Shown here piece after piece: positions 1-7,330 of a DNA stretch of 64,000 nucleotides (position 1 is the first letter of the stretch; every line of letters starts with the position of its first letter). This stretch comes from Squalus acanthias. Lineage: Eukaryota. The position numbers were made by a program, and so were the translations under genes. The stretch covers positions 129,024,001 to 129,088,000 of the forward strand of contig CM059431.1 in the NCBI GenBank assembly GCA_030390025.1, read 5' to 3'. The notes beneath the pieces were generated by a model. That model made no database searches. It was not told where the DNA came from and worked only from the letters and a program-made list of their open reading frames with translations.

Positions 1-285
1 CTTGATCAAGCACAAATATGAAACCTAATGATTAAAAAGATTATATTCTCATGCAACAGTAGTGGAAATCTGGAACTATCTCCCCCATTAAGCTGTTGAG
101 GCCAGGTCAAATGAAAATGTCAAAACTGAGATTGATATATTTGTTAGGTAAGGGTAATAAGGGGTATGGAAGCAAGGTGGGTAAATAGAGTTAAGATACA
201 GATCAGCCATGATCTAATTGAATGGCAGAACAGGTTCGAGGGGCTGAATGGCCTACTCCTGTTCCTATATTCCTATTTTCCTAAT
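1..285 (+). mobile_element. CR1-type LINE 3' end fragment
   Basis: Decayed ORF2 C-terminus, then the CR1 3' UTR motif gatcagccatgatc...gaggggctgaatggcctactcctgttcctat seen in other copies in this window. Confidence 0.75.
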
Positions 286-607
286 TTACCTTCTTGACTG
301 CAGAATCCACCATCCAAATCCTCATCACTTCAACACTTATTTTTCTGGATTCCCAGCTCTCTGCAATCACTAACTCATCCAGAACCCTGTATCCTATCCT
401 ACACAAAGCCGCACATATCCATCATTCCTTTCCTTGTTCAAGGAAGAAGAGAAAGATAAACCAGGTAACTTTAAACCAATTAGTCTAACACCAGTTATGT
501 GCAAACTCTTAGAATCCATAATTTTAGATCAAATTAGTGAGCATTTAATGATGCATAGGATGCATAGCTTAATCAAGGACAGCCAGAATGGATTTGTTAA
601 AGGGATC

Positions 608-1351
608 GGGGGAGAAATTGGGTACCTTTGCACATCCTGTCATCGCCTCGGGGGAGGGGGTGGTGGTGATAACGGGGCGCGAACCACTTACCGCCCGGGC
701 ATGGGGAGAATATTGCCTCCCGCTAAATTCAGCAGGAGGTTTGCGGCGGCAGTATGGCATTGCGCCCTGATCTCCTTCGCCTGGAGATCGTGACGTCATC
801 GCCGTGCGCACCGCCCTGGTTGTGCCCCGGACCCGAACTTTGGTTTTGCCCCCTGCAGCATCACCAGGCAACAACACCGGCAGCTGCAGGAGGTGTTCAT
901 TGGGATGCCGGGCGCTTCGGGGGTGATACTTAAAGGTGAGGTGGCTGAGGTAGGGAAAAAATAATCAGATGCTTGTTTTCTGTTTTTTTCCTTCTTTCCC
1001 CAATGCTCGATCAGGCCAGAACACTGCTGCAGTGCATCGGGCTGATCGGGGACCAGGTAAGTTGCTTTCCCTTGCAGAGCCTGCAGCGATGGCCCTTCCC
1101 TTTAAGGGAGGGAAGGAGCCTTCCAACGCGGCAGTGCTGCTTGACCCATTGTGCAGCGCTGCTCACCTACCACCCCGCCTGCTGCCTGTTGCATTCCAGG
1201 AAGGAAGTGGAGCGCTTGGTTTAGCGCTCCACTTCCTTCCTGAATCGCAAAACCGAATTTTTTAAAAGTTGAGAAATATTAGCGCCTGGCACTAATTTTT
1301 TCAATTTTTAAAAGTTAGCACCCCAAACGGCGCTATAATGAATTTCTCCCC
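608..1351. mobile_element. Non-autonomous DNA transposon (Harbinger-type MITE)
   Basis: TIR GGGG(G)AGAAATT / AATTTCTCCCC; 3-bp TSD ATC (605-607, 1352-1354); removal restores the CR1 sequence gttaaagggatc|atgtttgacaaat. Confidence 0.75.
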
Positions 1352-1843
1352 ATCATGTTTGACAAATTTAAGAGAGTTATTTTTAAGAAGTTATTGATTG
1401 TGTAGATAAACTGAATACAGTAGATGTAGTATGTGAGGAGATGTGTCACAAGAGGCTTCAGACATATGATATAAAAGAAATTGTAACAGCATGGATAGAA
1501 AGTTGGTTGATGGACAGGAAACAAGGGGTTAGGGTTAATAGGTCTTGTTTGGGTCTGAGAAGGGTTAGAAATGGCATATGCCAAGAGTCAGTACTGGGTC
1601 TACTTTTATCCTAGATTTGGACTTGTGCATACGGAGTACGGTACTGAAATTTGCTGATGACACAAAGTAGGAGTTTGGCAAACATAAAAGAGGACACTAT
1701 AGAAGACTTGAGAAAGACATAGATAGGTTAATAGAATGGGTAAACAGCGGCATATCCAACTTTAATGCAGCAAAATGTGAAATAATGCATTTTCAGATAT
1801 ACAAATATAAGGAATGGGAATATAAGCACAATGAAAAAACACT

Positions 1844-1998
1844 GGCTGGGAATTTTCTTGGAGTTGATCCCGCTCCACCACCTAACTTTGCCAGAAGTGC
1901 GGTAGAAACACTATTTAAGCGCATAAATTAGGTTTTCACCACACTTTCAACACATTTTTGGCAGTGGACCAGGAGGAGCTCCAACAAAATTCACCCCT
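1844..1998. mobile_element. Short MITE
   Basis: Imperfect TIR GGCTGGGAATTTT / AAAATTCACCCCT, TSD ACT; interrupts the CR1 remnant. Confidence 0.55.
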
Positions 1999-2329
1999 AC
2001 TGAAGGGTGTGGCGGAACAGAGATACCTATGGATGCAAATACCTTGGGGGTGATTTTCTCACTGGAGGCGGGATGGAGGCGGGTTTCAGTTTGGGTGGGT
2101 TTGAAACCCAACTCCACAGATAGTTTACAAAAATTTGCGATTTTCCCATGATTGGCCACTTGATTTCAGAGGTGTGGGATGCCCTTGGTCAATTAGTGTT
2201 TTGGGGCAGAAACTGACCTCTGTTGACATCACTTTTCCAGTCTGATTTTATGGTTTCTTGCCGCCTTGGCTCATTCCACTGGATTTCTGCCGATGCTGCA
2301 CCACCTGCAACATATTCTGAGAAACCACT

Positions 2330-2515
2330 ATGTCCAATTCCAAGGCAAGGGCCTCCCCGAGGCTCTCGGATGAGGTGCTGCAAATGTTGTTTGAGGGGGT
2401 GACAGCTAGCCGGGAGGTGCTCTTCCACTCATCTGGGAGCAAGAGGCCTGCCAAAGAAACCAAGGCTGTGTGGGTCCAGCTGGCAAGGGATATAACCTCC
2501 AGATCTGTGTGCAGA
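2330..2515 (+). pseudogene. Harbinger Myb/SANT-like DNA-binding protein, N-terminal part
   Basis: PRLSDEVLQMLFEGVTASREVLF...AVWVQLARDITSRS; homologous to the ORFs at 33681-33941 and 37480-37710. Confidence 0.75.
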
Positions 2516-2756
2516 TTGGGAGAATGTTTCTGTGTATTGATGAAATGCCATCCCTGTTGGAAAGCATTAAAATAATTTGAAGCCAAAATGTTGGCGTTAT
2601 GGCATCTGTTCTTTTGCCTTAGGCAGCTCCACATTGCAGGCTCCACCACACTTCCATTGTCAGGTTGGTGGCCTGAGTGAAAGGAGGCCAGAGAGTCATG
2701 TCCATTGTCAATGATGTCCTAGGATGGAGCCAAGGACATGTGCCAACTTGGGCAAC

Positions 2757-3453
2757 CTATGCAAATCTGGCCATGATAAGTTCATCCCTTGCATCCCTGG
2801 CAGCCATGTGCTCGCGTGCTGCTGCTGCCGCTGGTTGATACACCAGTGCTCTGACCTCCTCCTGCTCCTCCTTCTCCTCCTCCTCCTCCTCCTCCTCATC
2901 TGAGGAGGGCTGGAACTGAGCCACTTGCTCATCAGGAAGCTGCAAGCCACGAGGCTGTGCGATGTTGTGCAGTGTACAGCAGACCACGACCATTCTGGAG
3001 ACCCTGTATGGTGTATACTGCAGGGCTTCACCTGATCGGTCAAGGCAATGGAAGCGCATCTTCAACAACCCAATGGTTTGCTCGATGATGGACCTGGTCG
3101 AAGTGTGGCTGGCATTGTAGCGCTCTTCAGCCTCGTTAGCTGGCCTCCTGATCGGTGTCATTGGCCACTTCTTCAGGGGGTAGCCTTTGTCACCAAGGAG
3201 CCATCCGTTAAGTTGGTTTGGTGGATTGAAAAGCGGAGGAACACTAGAGTGATGCAGGATGAAGAGTCCTGGCAACTACCACTGAACTTGGCGCAAACAT
3301 GCAAGAAATCCTTCTTGTGGTTAACCACCAGCTGTACATTGAGGGAGTGGAAACCCTTTCGGTTGACAAAGATAGCTGGGTTGTGATGGGGTGCCCTAAG
3401 GGCCACATGTGTGCAGTCTGTGACGCCCTGCACCATTGGCAAGCCTGCCATAT
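2757..3453 (-). pseudogene. Harbinger (HARBI1-like) transposase, C-terminal half
   Basis: [54 protein letters not shown], poly-E; one 1-bp frameshift near 3264. Confidence 0.9.
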
Positions 3454-3569
3454 TGTAGAATTCGCAATTATCGCGATTTGATTAATAAGGAGAAAACACA
3501 AAGTTTCGTTCAAACAGCTTTTATTTCAGCAGAATGCTGTCAGGTTTAAATTGGACACAAGCAGCCTGT

Positions 3570-3632
3570 AAAATGGCCGCCGCACCTCGTGACAGAACAT
3601 TCTAGACTTTTCAACAGGCAGACAAGATGGCG
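3570..3632 (+). promoter_or_regulatory. Two YY1-like motifs in U3
   Basis: AAAATGGCCGCC (3570-3581) and CAAGATGGCG (3623-3632); both retained in the diverged solo LTR (57522-57533, 57471-57480). Confidence 0.45.
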
Positions 3633-4027
3633 TTCCAATACACATTTTTGCAAGATCGATAACGATTCAGCACAGTGAAGATAATACACGAGACATTATG
3701 GGTTTACAGTATAAACATAGATACTGAAATCGGTCTCCCAGGTACAAAGGAAAGCCATTGCACCGAGTAATCAAGGGCCCATCCAAAGGACATTAGTATG
3801 TAAACTCCCAACGGCTCTACGATGAGAGAGCCGTTAGCAGGTAGTTATACAGGACACTTGGAAGCCCCAAACCCCTCCAGGGAGAACACCGACCGATTTA
3901 ACAATGGGAGAAGTATTAACAGGTACTCAAACATTCATGAGTAGCCCCGAAACCCATTAAGAACGGAGATCACCCATACAGGACATTTGGGCGCCAAACC
4001 TTAAACAAAAGAATGGACATTATAGTC

Positions 4028-4059
4028 GGGCGGGAAACGGAAGATTTTTGCACTATAAT
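4028..4059 (+). promoter_or_regulatory. Putative LTR core promoter (GC box + TATA-like)
   Basis: GGGCGGG at 4028-4034 and GCACTATAA(T) to 4059; same motif pair and similar spacing on the minus strand of the solo LTR at ~57042-57073. Confidence 0.55.
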
Positions 4060-4275
4060 TGCAGGCCCCAAACCGTCCACTCTCTCTCTTGACTCTTGCC
4101 TCTTGCTCGTTTGCTGCTTTTATCATCGTGGCTGCTCCTGTGTTTTATCCGGTCGATTCGTAACCTCGTGGCTGCTCCTGTGTAAAAGACTGTTGAACTT
4201 TCTGATCCGTTCGGATCTACCTCGTGTCGCGTAACGAAGACCTATGTTGGTAACTGGCAGCGGAACCAAAGGCCC

Positions 4276-4325
4276 GAGATGAGATGAGATGAGATGAGAT
4301 GAGATGAGAGGAGAAGAGAAGAAGA
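4276..4325 (+). repeat. (GAGAT)6-GAGAG-(GAGAA)2 microsatellite inside the LTR
   Basis: Read directly; the 3' LTR copy lacks the GAGAG unit. Confidence 0.9.
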
Positions 4326-4665
4326 CCATATCCATCGCCACGGTCAGTAAATCCCGACCGCGCCTGTAGGTCGATCAGCCAAGTCTTCTCGACAGGAAGT
4401 TTTCTTCGTTAAACTTTTAACAAGACATATTGCATCAACGATAACTGGACTGTGCAAACACATCGTATCAGTGATATTGACAACGGGACTCCTCAACTAA
4501 ACTGTGAAGTCAACCAACAGAGGTCTTCACCACAGCGGACGGTCCAGCCGACTAGCCGAGCAGCAGAAGCAGTAAACAAGTGGGACCAGGAGATCTCCTG
4601 ACCAACACGTGGGTGCTGCGGTGAAAAACATCCGATCAGCTATTCGGGATTTCTCCGAGTTATTA

Positions 4666-4680
4666 CGAGTGGTGAGCATG
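4666..4680 (+). promoter_or_regulatory. Putative major splice donor G|GTGAGC inside the LTR
   Basis: CGAGTGGTGAGCATG; GGTGAGCAT is conserved in both diverged solo LTRs (minus strand, ~56467-56475 and ~60619-60627). Confidence 0.55.
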
Positions 4681-5134
4681 AGTCTCGAGATCCTACGAAG
4701 CTAGTTTTAGGATAGATATTGATAGGGGAGGGTTTAAAGATTAAGGATATTTGTAATGTGTGCCCTATTTACGTTGTGCTGGTCGTTCCTCGTTTCCCTA
4801 AGAGTGATTATAACCGTTTGTAAGATTGTACTGTCATTAATCTGTGCGTATGACATGTATTTCATAATTTTAAGTATCATGCAATAAAGATTTTCCATTT
4901 CGTACCATTCAAACCAAGTCTACATGAGTTTTATCTCCATTACTGCTCTCGCATCTAAGTCCAGTGTCTAGAACCGTAAGGGAGAGTGATTCGAACCACT
5001 CACAGGGGTGTCTAGTGTTCCCAGACTGGCTGGAGACCAGGCCTAGACCCGCACTGACATACAGGCTGCACAGAGCCGCGTGAATCTCACAGGCTACGAG
5101 ACACGCAGGGTCAGGAGAGAATCCCTTACAGAAA

Positions 5135-6946
5135 ATGGCGACCGCGGCAGGACACTGGCAGCGAGAGGGTAGTGTGTTAGATTTTGGAATGACTGTACGA
5201 AATGTTATGCAGGAAAAGATAGCGGATTATGTGTTTGGGAAGGTTAATCTAACTAAAAAGTGGATAAGTGAGTTGTTAGCGGATAAGAGCCCACTAGAGG
5301 CAGCTGAAAGGTGGACTGATAGTAAGGAGCATAAAAAGGCAGTTGAGAAAGCAGTCTGGCTTATGTGCTACAAAAGGCAGGTTCAGATTTCAAACCAGAC
5401 CAATACAGCGCTAACAGCTCGAATCAAGCATTTAGAGGAGGAAATGGAGGAGAAGGTTTCTGGAGGGGAGGTGCTCATTAAGAGTTTAAATGAGTTACGC
5501 CAGGAAAGCCAGGAAGTCTCCAGTTACCTTAAAACAAGGGTAGAGTATCTCGAGTGCCAGATCACTGAAGCAAAATTGAACGAGAGTAGGATGAAGGAAA
5601 GATGTAACCGCCAAGCTGCCCAGATAAGAACTCAGGAAGAGAGCTTAATGGGGGTTAGGTCGGCGTATAAGTTGGCCCTTGAGGATAAGTTTCAGGGAGC
5701 CGACCATAGCGCCTGCCAAAAAGAGATAGAGAGCCTCAAAAAGGCCGTGAATAATGCGAACGGCATGGTGTGCCTTATCAATCCGTCGGCGCGCCAGCCG
5801 CTAGTAAATGAGAGATTTAGAAATTCCCCACCAAGTAAAGCAGAAGAAGTAGTAGCCACTGCGCCCTCCGCGCCACCCAGCTATTCAGAAACCTGGGTTA
5901 GGGAGGAAGCAACGGAAGAAACAAAAGAGCCCGTTGAAAAGGAAGTAGAAAAGGGATCGTTGTATCCAGTAACGGGGATTAAAAGGGGCCCAAGCAGAAA
6001 CGGTGGGGAAGAACCGGGGGATCTCCTCGGACAGCTGGTGTTGCCTCACAGTTCACATCAGCTGAGAGCCATGATAAACCACGTAAGGAAGCTGACCGAG
6101 ATAGACGACCCTTCCGTACATTTCAGGGAAGTTGAGCAAGCCGCAGCCATTAACGGCTGCGATGATGGGGAGACAGCAAAAATGCTGCTGTTCTCATTAG
6201 ACAGCTCGGTCCTTCAGTGTCTCTCAGGCGAGAGCAAGAGGGGAAATAAAAGTTATGAGGAATTGAAAAATGAGGTCCTAGAAGTAGTGGGGGCGAACGA
6301 CGGAGGTCCGTTTGCTAGAGTGGGACAGACAGTGCAGATGGAGGGAGAACCCCCGAAGGTTTTTGCCGACAGGCTGTGGCCAGTATATGAGCGCAGCTGT
6401 CTAGGTGCGCCCGAGCGCGAAGATGTGGAAGGCGCCGCTTTAATTCATTGGCTTAGGTGCATAATAGCCAACAGTTTACCAGCCGTTAGAGAGCAGGCAA
6501 AAGCCTGGTTCGATCCCAATGACCTCAACCTTACGGAAGAGTCGGTCTTGAATCGACTCACGTTAGGTTACCGTAACATAAGGGGTATGACGACACGTCC
6601 CTTTAAGGGAAGAGTACATGAGGTACGACCCGCAGCCCCGGCTCAAAGAGAGTGGCATCAGGAGGGTAATCGCGCCCCACAGGCAAGTAATGCCTGTTAC
6701 GGGTGTGGGAAGACAGGGCACTGGCGCAAGCACTGCAGGAACCCTTGGAAGGATTCCAAGGATAAAAATCCCGCGGTCCGAGCCCAGGCGCCTGTCCCGC
6801 CTAAGGAAGCAAAGGCACCCACCTCTCCCGAAGACCTCGAAGCAGTGTTAGGAGTCATGCGCAAGATGGTTTTGAATGCGCGTGGACAGGTGGCGGTCGC
6901 AACCGGCCCCGTAGGTGCCGCAGGACCGTCTAATAGTGCCCCATGA
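5135..6946 (+). CDS. gag: Gag polyprotein (603 aa)
   Basis: Open ORF right after the LTR; N-terminal coiled coil, PSAPPSY late motifs (5864-5884), CCHC knuckle CYGCGKTGHWRKHC (6695-6736). The start could be the downstream ATG at 5189. Confidence 0.92.
   Translation: MATAAGHWQREGSVLDFGMTVRNVMQEKIADYVFGKVNLTKKWISELLADKSPLEAAERWTDSKEHKKAVEKAVWLMCYKRQVQISNQTNTALTARIKHLEEEMEEKVSGGEVLIKSLNELRQESQEVSSYLKTRVEYLECQITEAKLNESRMKERCNRQAAQIRTQEESLMGVRSAYKLALEDKFQGADHSACQKEIESLKKAVNNANGMVCLINPSARQPLVNERFRNSPPSKAEEVVATAPSAPPSYSETWVREEATEETKEPVEKEVEKGSLYPVTGIKRGPSRNGGEEPGDLLGQLVLPHSSHQLRAMINHVRKLTEIDDPSVHFREVEQAAAINGCDDGETAKMLLFSLDSSVLQCLSGESKRGNKSYEELKNEVLEVVGANDGGPFARVGQTVQMEGEPPKVFADRLWPVYERSCLGAPEREDVEGAALIHWLRCIIANSLPAVREQAKAWFDPNDLNLTEESVLNRLTLGYRNIRGMTTRPFKGRVHEVRPAAPAQREWHQEGNRAPQASNACYGCGKTGHWRKHCRNPWKDSKDKNPAVRAQAPVPPKEAKAPTSPEDLEAVLGVMRKMVLNARGQVAVATGPVGAAGPSNSAP
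5136..5153 (+). promoter_or_regulatory. Primer-binding site, tRNA-Arg(UCG)-type
   Basis: TGGCGACCGCGGCAGGAC is the reverse complement of ...GTCCTGCCGCGGTCG-CCA, the 3' end of vertebrate tRNA-Arg(TCG) as I recall it; lies 5 nt after the LTR. Confidence 0.8.
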
Positions 6947-7330
6947 CTAGAACCAGCACAGCCCGTCTACCTGTGTCCGCTCAGCTATGATGCGTGGAGG
7001 CGACCTGTGGTGGAGATGGAGGTAGAGAAACAGAAAGGCAGTTATTTGTTGGACACGGGAGCTTCTTGCACCATAATCCATACAGATGACCCTTTTGACT
7101 CGCCGCTATCTACCAAGGTCCCATTCACGCTAGCAGGGTTCACAGGGAAAGAACAGGCTGGCACGTTTTCCCTCCCGCTATCCATTCGTTTAGGAACACT
7201 TCGCCTTAAGTGGAAGTGTATACTGATGGCATGGCAAAAGGGGGGTGGAAGAGGTATTCTCGGGTCCGATCTCCTAGCGGGACACGGGATCCTCGTGGAC
7301 CTCAGAAATCACTGTCTCTGGGGGGGCTAA
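6947..7330 (+). CDS. pro: Aspartic protease, in frame with gag behind a UGA stop
   Basis: LLDTGAS (DTG at 7052-7060) and GILGSDLL; same frame as gag with no stop between 6947 and 7327. Confidence 0.88.
   Translation, partial: LEPAQPVYLCPLSYDAWRRPVVEMEVEKQKGSYLLDTGASCTIIHTDDPFDSPLSTKVPFTLAGFTGKEQAGTFSLPLSIRLGTLRLKWKCILMAWQKGGGRGILGSDLLAGHGILVDLRNHCLWGG

Larger units (their letters stand above)
432..2045 (+). mobile_element. Degraded CR1 LINE ORF2 (RT) remnant, interrupted by two MITEs and a Harbinger; resumes after 17246
   Basis: FKxxxKDKPGNFKPISLT..CKLLESII..IKDSQNGFVKG, then fragments KFADDTK and FNAAKCEIMHF; many stops. Confidence 0.75.
3454..5130 (+). repeat. 5' LTR (1677 bp)
   Basis: TGTAGAATTCGC...CCCTTACA; direct repeat of 14515-16187. 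Confidence 0.97.

Noticed and set aside
2757..3453. Host HARBI1 gene
   Set aside because: Multiple copies with TIRs, Myb partner ORFs and lesions show these are transposons, not the domesticated gene.
4013..4234. 73-aa ORF present in both LTRs
   Set aside because: Spans the inferred promoter/TSS, no recognisable domain; duplication just reflects LTR identity.
4276..4325. CRISPR-like or functional repeat array
   Set aside because: Simple pentamer microsatellite without spacers in eukaryotic DNA.
4976..5130. Self-cleaving ribozyme in U5
   Set aside because: No hammerhead core (CUGANGA/GAAA) or HDV-type nested pseudoknot could be identified by eye; kept only as a conserved structure.
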